From contig CANQHC010000002.1 of assembly GCA_947623595.1 (NCBI GenBank), forward strand, positions 951 to 64,950: DNA of 64,000 nucleotides, given 5' to 3'. Positions 51,036 through 60,357 of the stretch are shown here, piece by piece (position 1 is the stretch's first letter; each line of letters opens with the position of its first letter). Below the pieces are notes generated by a model. That model worked only from the letters and a program-made list of their open reading frames with translations, had not been told where the DNA came from and made no database searches. The DNA comes from an uncultured Clostridia bacterium (GTDB lineage Bacteria > Bacillota > Clostridia > TANB77 > CAG-508). The position numbers and the translations under genes are program-made.

Positions 51036-51866
51036 ATGGACAATAGACCAATTGGAGTATTTGATTCTGGAGTAGGAGGAATGACTGTTTTAAAAGAACT
51101 AATGAAAAAAATGCCACAAGAAAGTTTTGTTTACTTAGGAGATACAAAACGTTTTCCATATGGAAGTAAATCAAAACAAACTATTATAGAATTAACAAAA
51201 GAAGGAATGGAGTTTCTTATAAAAAAGAATGTAAAATTAATTGTAATTGCATGTGGTACAGCTACAAGTCAAGCATTAATAGAAGTTAAATCTTTATATG
51301 AGATTCCGATAATTGGGGTTTTAGAGCCAACAACAAAATATCTTGAAGAAACAGGAAAAACTAACATTGGCATAATAGCTACTGCAGGAACAATTAGAAG
51401 TAAAGGTTGGGAAAAATCTATTTTAGAAAAAATACCATCTGCTAAAATTCAAAGTATACCATGTCCTTTACTAGCTTCTATGGTAGAAGAAGGATGGTAT
51501 GATAATCAAATAGCACAACTAGTTATTAATGAGTATTTAAAAGATTTAAAACCAGTAGATGCATTGGTTTTAGGATGTACACATTATCCTTTATTAACCA
51601 AGGTAATTCAAAAACAAATAGGTGCAGGTGTTGAAATTATTAATATAGGTACATATGTTGCTATAGAAACTGAAAAAATTTTAAAAGAAAATGGAATGAT
51701 AGCAGAAAATAACTTTAAAGATATTGCAACCAAAAATAGAGATAATGCATCAAATTTAAAGGTATACTTAACTGAGAATGAATGTAAATTTAATGAAGTA
51801 GCAAGTAAATTAATTGAAAAAGAAATTCAGGCAGAATTAGTAAAAGAAGAAATAGAATTTAGTTAA
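51036..51866 (+). CDS. murI: Glutamate racemase
   Basis: MDNRPIGVFDSGVGGMTV... and VIACGTAT contain the two catalytic Cys motifs. RBS GGAAGAGGAG. Confidence 0.88.
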   Translation: MDNRPIGVFDSGVGGMTVLKELMKKMPQESFVYLGDTKRFPYGSKSKQTIIELTKEGMEFLIKKNVKLIVIACGTATSQALIEVKSLYEIPIIGVLEPTTKYLEETGKTNIGIIATAGTIRSKGWEKSILEKIPSAKIQSIPCPLLASMVEEGWYDNQIAQLVINEYLKDLKPVDALVLGCTHYPLLTKVIQKQIGAGVEIINIGTYVAIETEKILKENGMIAENNFKDIATKNRDNASNLKVYLTENECKFNEVASKLIEKEIQAELVKEEIEFS

Positions 51867-51955
51867 TAGCTAAAAATTTTCATGTTTAATAGATGGTATA
51901 GGAATAAAATAGAAAAATAAACATATAGTTTAGTAACAAAGGGGGCTAGAACTAT

Positions 51956-52726
51956 ATGTTTATTGTTTTTAATAAACAAAAAATATATTCCTATTTAGTG
52001 GCATTGGGAACTATAATTACTTTATTCATTTTTTCATTTTCATTAGCTAATCGAAATTTTGATACAACTCTTACTGCCAGCAGTTCAAAAGAATTACCAA
52101 TATATTCTGTGGAAACTAATAAAAAAAATGTAGCACTTACTATGAATTGTGCATGGAATGCTGATGACATAGATAGTATTTTAAAAACTTTAGAGGAAAA
52201 CCAAATTAAAATTACATTTTTTATTGTTGGAGAGTGGGCTGAAAAAAATCCTGAAGCCTTAAATAAGATAGCTGAGGCAGGTCATGAAATAGGGAATCAT
52301 TCTAGTACACACCCACATGTAAACAATTTGAGCAGTGAAGAAAATATAAAACAAATTCAGGATTGCTCTAATAAAATAGAAAAGATAATTGGAGAAAAAA
52401 CAACTCTTTATAGGGCTCCATATGGAGAATACAATAATACAGTAATTAGGTCTGCAAAGTCAGCAAATCATATTCCAATACAATGGAATTTGGATACATT
52501 AGATTATACTGGTTTAACAGGGCAAAAGATGTGGGAAAGGCTAAACGGAAAATTGAAAAATGGTTCAATTATTTTAATGCACAATGGTACAGAGCATACA
52601 GCAGATAGCTTGGATATGCTAATAAAAAATATTAAGCAACAAGGATATGAAATTGTTACGGTATCTAATTTAATATATAAAAATAATTATATAATAGATA
52701 ATAATGGTACTCAAAAATTGCAGTAA
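51956..52726 (+). CDS. pdaB: Polysaccharide deacetylase family sporulation protein (PdaB/YbaN-like, NodB homology domain)
   Basis: N-terminal TM helix. NodB motifs (TMNCAWNADD; HEIGNHSSTHPH; RAPYGEY). 256 aa, comparable to B. subtilis PdaB. RBS AAAGGGGG. Confidence 0.75.
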   Translation: MFIVFNKQKIYSYLVALGTIITLFIFSFSLANRNFDTTLTASSSKELPIYSVETNKKNVALTMNCAWNADDIDSILKTLEENQIKITFFIVGEWAEKNPEALNKIAEAGHEIGNHSSTHPHVNNLSSEENIKQIQDCSNKIEKIIGEKTTLYRAPYGEYNNTVIRSAKSANHIPIQWNLDTLDYTGLTGQKMWERLNGKLKNGSIILMHNGTEHTADSLDMLIKNIKQQGYEIVTVSNLIYKNNYIIDNNGTQKLQ

Positions 52727-52794
52727 TTATAATTCAAATGAATAAAGAATTTTTGGAGTGGTATAATAAAGACATAATAAAAAGGAGTAAAAAA

Positions 52795-53268
52795 ATGTCT
52801 TTGGTTGGAATTTTTACAGAAAGTAAAAATGAGAATTATTTAAAAAAGGGATTAAAAAATGTATTTCAACAAGAACAAGTTTTTTTCTTAAAAGAGGAAA
52901 GTATTGAAAATTTAAAAAACATTACATTTCAAACAATTCTTATAGGAAAAAGTATAAGTAAAAATGAGCAAATATTAAGGGATCTTATGAAAAAGGCACA
53001 ATATTTAATTTTTAATGCAGATATTCTAGATAACTTGTATTTGCTAAAAGATCTAAGCATTCAATTAATTACTTATGGGTTTAATTCAAAGTCTACAATA
53101 ACTACTTCAAGCGTGGAAGAAAATAAAATAATGATATGTTTACAAAGAACAATTAAGAATTTACAGGGAAAAACAATAGAGCCACAGGAAATAAAAAAAG
53201 AAATATTCAAAAATGAAGATAGTTATGCTGTTATGGAGTTAATTAGTTTACTTCTATTATATAGATAA
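52795..53268 (+). CDS. Hypothetical protein (157 aa)
   Basis: RBS AAAGGAG 8 nt upstream of ATG 52795. I recognised no family. Confidence 0.4.
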   Translation: MSLVGIFTESKNENYLKKGLKNVFQQEQVFFLKEESIENLKNITFQTILIGKSISKNEQILRDLMKKAQYLIFNADILDNLYLLKDLSIQLITYGFNSKSTITTSSVEENKIMICLQRTIKNLQGKTIEPQEIKKEIFKNEDSYAVMELISLLLLYR

Positions 53269-53458
53269 TTACTTGCATAAATATGGTAAAAAGTGACAGG
53301 AAAAATAAGGAAAAAGAAAAATAAATGAAAAATTTAACATTTTATGTAGACAAAACCAAAAAAACATAGTATAATATACATTGTGACTAGGTGTTAGTCT
53401 AAATTATACATACTATGAATAAACTAAAATAAGAAACAAAGGTAGGGAGGAAAATAAA

Positions 53459-54166
53459 TTGAATACGAATTATGATGATAATAACCATTTAACATTGGTT
53501 GGAAAGGTAACAAGTGAAAAAAGATTCAGTCATGAAATTTATGGTGAAAAATTCTACATATTTGATTTAAGCGTACCACGTTTGAGTGGAAATGCAGACA
53601 CAATTCCAGTAACAATCTCAGAGAGATTATTAACAATACAAGATATCACAGTAAATAGCAATTTAAAGATTGACGGACAATTTAGATCATATAACAGTTA
53701 TGATCATGAAAAAAACAAATTAATTTTAACAGTATTTGCAAAGGACATTGAATTTATTCAAGAACAAGATGAAGATGTAGAAATTAGAAAAGATCAAGTT
53801 TCTAATGAAGTTATTTTAGATGGTTTTATTTGTAAAAAACCAATTTATCGTAAAACACCATTTGGAAGAGAAATTTCAGATATTTTATTAGCAGTAAACA
53901 GAGCTTATAATAAATCAGACTACATACCATGTATTGCTTGGGGTAGAAATGCTAGATTTTGTGAGAACGTACCTGTAGGAACAGAAGTAAGAATTATAGG
54001 AAGAGTTCAATCAAGAGAATATGAGAAGAAATATGAGGATGGAACTGTTGAAAAGAAAGTAGCATATGAAGTATCTGTATCTAGCTTAGAAATTGCAAAT
54101 CAAGATGGAAATGAAGAAAATAAACAAGATAGTGATGAGGCAGAGGAAAATAAAGAGGCTATATAA
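53459..54166 (+). CDS. SSB-like paralog with two tandem OB folds and an acidic C-terminal tail
   Basis: TTG start with GGGAGG 9 nt upstream. The second half aligns with canonical SSB (ILDGFICKKPIYRKTPFGREISDILLAVNRAY...YIPCIAWGRNARFCENVPVGTEVRIIGRVQSREYEKKYEDGTVEKKVAYEVSV). The first half is a degenerate OB. Acidic tail DSDEAEENKEAI. Confidence 0.55.
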   Translation: MNTNYDDNNHLTLVGKVTSEKRFSHEIYGEKFYIFDLSVPRLSGNADTIPVTISERLLTIQDITVNSNLKIDGQFRSYNSYDHEKNKLILTVFAKDIEFIQEQDEDVEIRKDQVSNEVILDGFICKKPIYRKTPFGREISDILLAVNRAYNKSDYIPCIAWGRNARFCENVPVGTEVRIIGRVQSREYEKKYEDGTVEKKVAYEVSVSSLEIANQDGNEENKQDSDEAEENKEAI

Positions 54167-54177
54167 ATATATATTAA

Positions 54178-54208
54178 CTGTCGGCTAAATTAATTGGCCG
54201 GCAGTTTT
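54178..54208 (+). terminator. Intrinsic terminator after the SSB paralog
   Basis: CTGTCGGC...GCCGGCAG GC-rich hairpin followed by TTTT. Confidence 0.65.
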
Positions 54209-54348
54209 GGCATTTAATATTATTTATGAAAAACAGAACTTTTGCTTGCACTTTAGTAAAAAATATGGTAAAATGGTTTACGTTAAAAGGGAAAATAATC
54301 CTTACTTGCAAATAAATTGCAGGTTTTATCCACAAGGAGGTGAAAATA

Positions 54349-54630
54349 ATGAATAAATACGAAAGTGTTATCATTATTAATCCATCTATTGATGAAGAAG
54401 CTGTAAAAGCTGTATCTCAAAAGTATGTAGATTTGATTAATAATGATGGTAAAGTTGAAAAAATAGAAAACCTTGGCAAAAAGAAATTAGCATATGATGT
54501 AAAGAAAAACAAAGAAGGTTACTATGTTGTAATTAATTTTGAATCAAAACCAGAATTAATCGCAGAGCTTGAAAGAAACTACAGAATTGAAGATCAAATT
54601 ATCAAATTTATTACTGTAAAGGCAGAATAA
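54349..54630 (+). CDS. rpsF: 30S ribosomal protein S6
   Basis: MNKYESVIIINPSIDEEAVKAV... AGGAGG lies 8 nt upstream of ATG 54349. Confidence 0.9.
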   Translation: MNKYESVIIINPSIDEEAVKAVSQKYVDLINNDGKVEKIENLGKKKLAYDVKKNKEGYYVVINFESKPELIAELERNYRIEDQIIKFITVKAE

Positions 54631-54688
54631 GAACACAAAAAAAGATAAAATTGGGGACCTTTAATTATAGAAAGGTAAGGTGCATGAA

Positions 54689-55120
54689 ATGAATAAAGTA
54701 ATTTTAATGGGTCGTTTAACAAGAGATCCAGAAGTAAGGTATACACAAACAAATAATACGTTAGTATCTTCTTTTAGTTTAGCTGTAAATCGTAGATTTG
54801 TTAGACAAGGAGAAGAAAGACAAGCAGATTTTATAAATATTGTTGCATGGAGTAAGCTTGGAGAATTTTGCAGTAAATATTTCAAGAAAGGTCAACAAGT
54901 TGGAGTAATAGGAAGAATTCAAACTAGAACTTGGGATGATGACCAAGGACAAAAGCATTATATTACTGAAGTAGTAGCTGAAGAAGCATATTTTGCTGAT
55001 AGCAAAAAAGATGGAGATGCAAGTGGAGCAAATTTTGATGCAACCTTTGGAACAATGCCTAATAATACAAATGCTACATCAGATTTTGAAATATCTTCCG
55101 GAGACGATTTACCATTTTAA
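54689..55120 (+). CDS. ssb: Single-stranded DNA-binding protein
   Basis: MNKVILMGRLTRDPEVRYTQTNNTLVSSFSLAVNRRF... with the C-terminal tail ...DDLPF. The rpsF-ssb-rpsR operon is canonical. Confidence 0.92.
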   Translation: MNKVILMGRLTRDPEVRYTQTNNTLVSSFSLAVNRRFVRQGEERQADFINIVAWSKLGEFCSKYFKKGQQVGVIGRIQTRTWDDDQGQKHYITEVVAEEAYFADSKKDGDASGANFDATFGTMPNNTNATSDFEISSGDDLPF

Positions 55121-55224
55121 TTAATATAATTGAATTGTAAATAATAAGAAGTAAATATAAGGCAATTTTAAATGTGAAATGATAAAAAGCCAAAAAATAA
55201 CTAAAAGATTGGGGGGAAAAGAAA

Positions 55225-55503
55225 ATGGCAGACAAGAAAAATAATAGAAAAAATAACAGAAACAATGATGAAGATTACAATCCTAGATTTAGAAAAACTA
55301 GAAAAAAAGTATGTCCATTATGTGCAGATAAAAATTTAAAATTAGACTATAAAAATGCAGAGCAATTAAAAAAATTCATTAATGATAAAGGAAAAATACT
55401 TCCAAGAAGAGCAACTGGTGCATGTGCTATACATCAAAGAGACATTACATTAGCTGTAAAAAGAGCAAGACAAATTGCTGTATTACCATATACGCAAGAA
55501 TAA
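55225..55503 (+). CDS. rpsR: 30S ribosomal protein S18
   Basis: 92 aa, ...[47 protein letters not shown]..., a typical S18. Confidence 0.9.
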   Translation: MADKKNNRKNNRNNDEDYNPRFRKTRKKVCPLCADKNLKLDYKNAEQLKKFINDKGKILPRRATGACAIHQRDITLAVKRARQIAVLPYTQE

Positions 55504-55511
55504 AATAAAGA

Positions 55512-55574
55512 AGAAATGCTTGAATGTTAGGCATTTCTTTTTTTGCGTAGGAAAAATCGCTAGATTTTTCTGGA
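55512..55574 (+). terminator. Two tandem hairpins after rpsR (terminator plus a second stem-loop)
   Basis: AGAAATGC...GCATTTCT followed by T7 (55512-55545), then GAAAAATC-gcta-GATTTTTC (55551-55574). Confidence 0.6.
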
Positions 55575-55693
55575 GCAACAAGGTTAAATTACCTTTTTTA
55601 CTTATTGTTCAAAATACTTTTTAAATAAAGCTAAGTTTTTATATTATTATTTTGTTTAAATCTTACTTTTTTGCAAATAATAAATATATAAAA

Positions 55694-56596
55694 ATGAAAC
55701 AGGAGGAAGTCAAGTATTTTCTTGACAATAAATTTATGAAAGTAGGAATTGCTTTATCAGGTGGCGGAATTCGCGGAATTGCTCATGCAGGAGTTTTAAA
55801 GGCTTTGGAAGATAATAATATAAAAATTGACATTATAGGAGGAACTAGCTCTGGAAGTATGGTGGCAAGTCTTTATGCAATGGGATATTCACCATATACA
55901 ATTTATCAATTATTTAAAAGATATAGTAAGGAGATTATAAATGCAAGTCGTATTCCATTTTTACCTAAATTTTTGCAATCTCCTTTTGATTCAAAATCTA
56001 CCATAACAGGTTTTCATAATGGTGAAGAAATAGAAAATGTTTATAATAGACTTGCGAAAAGAAAGAATATAACTCAAATAGAACAAATAAAAATGCCAAT
56101 TGTAATTCCAAGTGTTGATATCATGCAATCAAAAGAATATGTTTTTACAAATAACAAACCTAAATTTTCAGGTGAAGATATACAATATATTACGCAGATT
56201 AGTGTTGGAAAGGCAGTAAGAGCAAGTAGTAGTTTCCCAGCAGTATTTTCACCATGCTATATGGAAAAACATGCATTTATGGATGGTGGAACTTTGGATA
56301 ATATTCCTGTATGTGAAGTGAAAAAGCAGGGAGCAGACAAAGTAATTGCAGTTCAATTTGATGCAGATACAATAGATGAGAATAGTAATTTAATGGATAT
56401 TGTAATGAAGACTATAGACATTATGGGAAATAAAATATCAAAAGAGTGTTTAAAAGAAAGCGATTATGTATTAAATGTATATACAGATAAAGTCGGTTTA
56501 TTAGATGTAGAAAAATTAGATAAATGTTATTTATATGGATATAATAGTGTGATACGAAATCTGCAAAACATAAAAAATATTTTGCAAATTAAATAA
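55694..56596 (+). CDS. Patatin-like phospholipase
   Basis: GxGxxG oxyanion motif (GIALSGGGIRGIAHAGVLKAL), GxSxG nucleophile (GGTSSGS) and DGG catalytic Asp (FMDGGT). The start is uncertain, 55694 versus 55737. Confidence 0.75.
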   Translation: MKQEEVKYFLDNKFMKVGIALSGGGIRGIAHAGVLKALEDNNIKIDIIGGTSSGSMVASLYAMGYSPYTIYQLFKRYSKEIINASRIPFLPKFLQSPFDSKSTITGFHNGEEIENVYNRLAKRKNITQIEQIKMPIVIPSVDIMQSKEYVFTNNKPKFSGEDIQYITQISVGKAVRASSSFPAVFSPCYMEKHAFMDGGTLDNIPVCEVKKQGADKVIAVQFDADTIDENSNLMDIVMKTIDIMGNKISKECLKESDYVLNVYTDKVGLLDVEKLDKCYLYGYNSVIRNLQNIKNILQIK

Positions 56597-56747
56597 TGAA
56601 AATTAATAAATTGTAATTAGTTAATGGAAAAGAAAATAGCCTTGATAAATGGAAAATAATGAAATTGAGATGTTGAAAAAAAAGGAATATTATGGTATGA
56701 TTATAAAATGAATATGTTTAATATAAACATAAAAAAGGAGATAAATT

Positions 56748-57641
56748 GTGAAAAAGAAATTGTTAATATTTTTAGTAATAATATTTACAATATTATTAAT
56801 TTCATTTTTAATTTTACCAAAAAATAATAAACAAGAAGAAAGTACTAATGTAAAAAAAATAGTAACATCATTTTATCCAATTTATATCATGACCCAAAAT
56901 ATAGCACAGGGTGCGGAAAATGTAGAAGTAATAAATTTAACTCAAAATGATGTTGGATGTTTGCATGATTATACTCTTTCAACTACAGATATGAGGAAGA
57001 TAGAAGATGCATATGTATTTATAGAAAATGGTCTCGGATTAGAAAATTTTATGGATAAAATTATACAAACATATCCAAACTTAAAAATTATTGATAGTAG
57101 TAAAAATATAACAAATAAAATTGAAGAAAATGATGGAATAAATCCCCATATATGGACAAATATAGAAAATTATATAAATCAAGTTGAAACTATTGCAAAA
57201 GATTTGGAAGAATATAATCCAGAAAATGCGCAAATATACATAAACAATTGTGATAAATATATAGAAGCATTAAATAATATTAAATTACAATATGATGAGA
57301 AATTACAAAAATTAAGAGGGCAAAAAGCTATAGTTCTAAATGAATCTTTGAACTATTTAACAAAAGAGTTAGAAATGGATATTACAAGTATTGTAACCAA
57401 TCATGAAGAAAGTACTTTATCAGCAGATACAATAAAAAACATTATTAATAAAATAAAAGAGGAAAATATTAAAATTATATTTATAGATGAATCAGATGAT
57501 ATGCAAAATGCTGAAACATTAAAAAATGAAACAGATGCGCAAATTTACAAATTAGATTCTGGACTAAATGGAGAAGAAGACTTAAATTCATATATACAGA
57601 GCATAACAGAAAATTTAGAAATATTAGAACAAATTCAGTAG
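56748..57641 (+). CDS. znuA: Metal (Zn/Mn) ABC transporter substrate-binding lipoprotein, ZnuA/TroA family
   Basis: GTG start with AAGGAG 8 nt upstream. Signal and TM at the N-terminus. TroA-like fold motifs (VTSFYPIYIMTQNIA, CLHDYTLS, NPHIWTN). Confidence 0.75.
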   Translation: MKKKLLIFLVIIFTILLISFLILPKNNKQEESTNVKKIVTSFYPIYIMTQNIAQGAENVEVINLTQNDVGCLHDYTLSTTDMRKIEDAYVFIENGLGLENFMDKIIQTYPNLKIIDSSKNITNKIEENDGINPHIWTNIENYINQVETIAKDLEEYNPENAQIYINNCDKYIEALNNIKLQYDEKLQKLRGQKAIVLNESLNYLTKELEMDITSIVTNHEESTLSADTIKNIINKIKEENIKIIFIDESDDMQNAETLKNETDAQIYKLDSGLNGEEDLNSYIQSITENLEILEQIQ

Positions 57642-57778
57642 TATAATATGAATTTCAAAATATGAGAGCAAATTTAGTAATATAACATAAATTTCAAAAT
57701 ATTAGAAAAAATTCAGTAGTATAATATAAATTTCAAAAATATTAGAAAGAATTTAAGTAGTTATAATACAAATCCAAA
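57620..57778. repeat. Four tandem copies of a ~39-40-bp AT-rich repeat between znuA and znuC
   Basis: Unit AATATTAGAA(nn)AATTCAGTAGTATAATAT(R)AATTTCAA. The first copy overlaps the last 7 codons and the stop of znuA. Each unit carries a TAGTATAAT element resembling a -10 box. Confidence 0.8.
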
Positions 57779-57820
57779 AAATATAAGGTAAAAAATAAAA
57801 AGAAATAGGTGAGAGTTAAG

Positions 57821-58549
57821 ATGGCAGGAACTGTAGCTTGTGGTTTACATTGTACTAAAATAAATAATATAAATGTCAAATTTGGTAAAGAAGTTGTTTT
57901 AAAAAATGTTAATATTCATGTACATTGTGGCCAATTAACTGTTATAATTGGGCGAAATGGTGCAGGAAAATCTACTCTTTTAAAAGCTATTTTAGGCGAA
58001 GTAGAACATACTGGAAATATTACATTTATGGATATGAAGGAAAATGTAGCTAAAAGAATCAAAATTGGTTATGTACCACAATCTATTCATATTGAAAAAC
58101 ATATGCCAACTACAGTTTATGACTTATTTGCTTCTTGTATTTGCCATATACCAGTATTTTTAAAAAAAGACAAAAAAATATATCAAGAAATAAAAGAACA
58201 ATTGAAGTTATTTGGAGCAGAAAAGTTAATAGATAAAAGTATAGGAGACCTATCAGGAGGAGAATTACAAAGAGTATTGCTTGCTATTGCAACAAAGCCA
58301 ACACCTAATTTACTTATTTTAGATGAACCGGTTTCTGGAATAGATAAAAATGGAACCAAAGATTTTTATGAATTAGTAGATAATTTAAAAAGAAAATATG
58401 ATATGTCAATATTGTTAGTATCACATGATTTGGAACTAGTTAAGAAATATGCAGATAAAGTTATTCTATTAGAAAAAGAAGTAATTAAAGAAGGAAAACC
58501 GGAGGAAGTATTTCGTAGCTTAGAATTTAAAAATAGATTTGGAGAATAA
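57821..58549 (+). CDS. znuC: Metal ABC transporter ATP-binding protein
   Basis: Walker A GRNGAGKST, the ABC signature LSGGELQR and Walker B LLILDEP. 242 aa. AGGTGAG lies 7 nt upstream of ATG 57821. Confidence 0.85.
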   Translation: MAGTVACGLHCTKINNINVKFGKEVVLKNVNIHVHCGQLTVIIGRNGAGKSTLLKAILGEVEHTGNITFMDMKENVAKRIKIGYVPQSIHIEKHMPTTVYDLFASCICHIPVFLKKDKKIYQEIKEQLKLFGAEKLIDKSIGDLSGGELQRVLLAIATKPTPNLLILDEPVSGIDKNGTKDFYELVDNLKRKYDMSILLVSHDLELVKKYADKVILLEKEVIKEGKPEEVFRSLEFKNRFGE

Positions 58550-58600
58550 AAAACAAAATTAAATATTTTGATATAAGGTATAACCTTACAAGGAGTAACT

Positions 58601-59443
58601 ATGGAAGTAATTTATGGCATATTAGAATCAATTTTACCATTTGAATTTATGGAATATGCATTTATGAAAAATGCATTATTAGCTATTATTTTAATAGCAC
58701 CGATTTTCGCCTTATTGGGTACAATGATAGTAAATAATAAAATGGCTTTTTTTTCAGATGCTTTAGGACATTCAGCTTTAACTGGGATTGCAATAGGAAT
58801 GGTATTGGGAATTACTAATATGAATATTTCAATGATTTTCTTTGCAGTAATTTTTGCGTTATTGCTGAATTTTGTAAAGAACAAAACTACATATGGAGCA
58901 GATACAATTATTAGTGTATTTTCTTCAATTGCTATTGCACTAGGTCTAGCAATGTTAGCACAGAGTGGAAATTTTAATAAATATTCTAGTTATTTAGTTG
59001 GAGACATTTTAAGTATTAATAATAATGAAATTTTATATTTATTTTTAGCATTTATTGCAATAATAATATTTTGGTATTTTACATTTAATAAATTAAATGT
59101 ATTAAGTATAAATACTACTTTAGCGAAAAGCAGGGGAGTAAATACAAAATTAATTGATAATGTATTTGTTGTTTTAATAGCAATTATCGTTATGATATCA
59201 ATTCGCTGGATAGGTATTTTACTAATAAATTCTTTACTTATTTTGCCAGCAGCATCAAGTAGAAACATTGCTAAAAATATGAGAAGTTATCATTTATTTT
59301 CAATCTTATTTTCACTGTTTTCAGGAATAACCGGTCTTATTATTTCATATTACTGGAATATTCCAACAGGGCCAATGATTGTACTAATTTCAGGAGCAAT
59401 TTATTTTGTTACTTTTGCTTTAAAAAAAGTTGTAAAAGAATAA
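58601..59443 (+). CDS. znuB: Metal ABC transporter permease (ABC-3 family)
   Basis: 280 aa with 8-9 TM helices. RBS AAGGAG 6 nt upstream. Confidence 0.8.
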   Translation: MEVIYGILESILPFEFMEYAFMKNALLAIILIAPIFALLGTMIVNNKMAFFSDALGHSALTGIAIGMVLGITNMNISMIFFAVIFALLLNFVKNKTTYGADTIISVFSSIAIALGLAMLAQSGNFNKYSSYLVGDILSINNNEILYLFLAFIAIIIFWYFTFNKLNVLSINTTLAKSRGVNTKLIDNVFVVLIAIIVMISIRWIGILLINSLLILPAASSRNIAKNMRSYHLFSILFSLFSGITGLIISYYWNIPTGPMIVLISGAIYFVTFALKKVVKE

Positions 59444-59463
59444 AATACTAAAAAAATTAATAA

Positions 59464-59553
59464 AAAATATGATTAATTATTGTACATTTATGTTCGTAAC
59501 GCTTAAATACTCAAACTTGAGCATTTTAAAGTGCAATAAATTAATCATATTTT
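59464..59553. repeat. 15-bp perfect inverted repeat with a 60-nt spacer between convergent znuB and pflA
   Basis: AAAATATGATTAATT (59464-59478) and AATTAATCATATTTT (59539-59553). Together they could form a long-range stem. The track ORF 59469-59666 lies inside and is probably spurious. Confidence 0.6.
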
Positions 59554-59554
59554 A

Positions 59555-60271
59555 TTATAAAACTATACTTTTAGCTCTTTCAACATCCTCTGAAGTAGCA
59601 GTTCTAATACCATCTAAAGGATACTTGAATCCAAGATTTTCCCATTTAAAACGTCCCATATCATGATATGGAAGAAATTCTATTTTTTTTACATTAGTTA
59701 GAGTATGTAAAAAATCTTTTAATTTTTGTAAATCTTCCTCTTTATCAGTAATACCAGGAACCAGAACCTGCCTAATCCACATATCTTTTCCAATACTATT
59801 TAGATATTTAGCAAATTCAAGTTCTTTTTTATTAGAAACTCCAGTTAAATCTTTACAAATTTCATCATTAATACATTTTATATCTAATAAAAACAAATCA
59901 GTAAGTTCAATTACCTTTTTTATATCTTCGGTGATTAAAAAATTACCTGAAGTATCAATAGCAGTGTGAATACCTTCTTGTTTTAAAAGAGTAAATAAAT
60001 TTATTACAAATTTAAGTTGTAGCAAAGGCTCTCCACCACTAACAGTAACACCTCCACCAGAAGGAATAAAGTAATTTTTATATTTTTCAATTTTCCTTAA
60101 TACTTCATCAATAGAATATTCTGTACCACCACACAAATCCCAAGTATCTCTGTTATGACAGTATTTACATTTTAAACTACAGCCCTGCATAAAAATAACA
60201 AACCTAATTCCAGGGCCATCAACAGTTCCAAATGATTCAAAAGAATGTATTCTAGCCTTTATATCTTCCAT
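59555..60271 (-). CDS. pflA: Pyruvate formate-lyase activating enzyme
   Basis: Radical SAM CxxxCxxC (CSLKCKYCHN) in the glycyl-radical activase family. 238 aa. Confidence 0.9.
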   Translation of the reverse strand: MEDIKARIHSFESFGTVDGPGIRFVIFMQGCSLKCKYCHNRDTWDLCGGTEYSIDEVLRKIEKYKNYFIPSGGGVTVSGGEPLLQLKFVINLFTLLKQEGIHTAIDTSGNFLITEDIKKVIELTDLFLLDIKCINDEICKDLTGVSNKKELEFAKYLNSIGKDMWIRQVLVPGITDKEEDLQKLKDFLHTLTNVKKIEFLPYHDMGRFKWENLGFKYPLDGIRTATSEDVERAKSIVL

Positions 60272-60357
60272 TTATTTTGCCTTCCTAATTACATTAATAT
60301 ATTATAAGAAAAACTTAATTCAAAATAGGAAATAGGGGCAAAAGCCCCATTTCCATT

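Noticed and set aside
54174-54374. 66-aa minus-strand ORF
   Set aside because: It overlaps the terminator of the SSB paralog, the rpsF promoter and the rpsF start. It has no RBS.
57620-57778. Possible CRISPR array between znuA and znuC
   Set aside because: The repeats are directly abutting and degenerate with no interspersed unique spacers. They are AT-rich and lie within an operon. It is classed as a simple tandem repeat.
59469-59666. 65-aa plus-strand ORF between znuB and pflA
   Set aside because: It has no RBS, lies inside the 15-bp inverted-repeat structure and overlaps the 3' end of pflA on the opposite strand.
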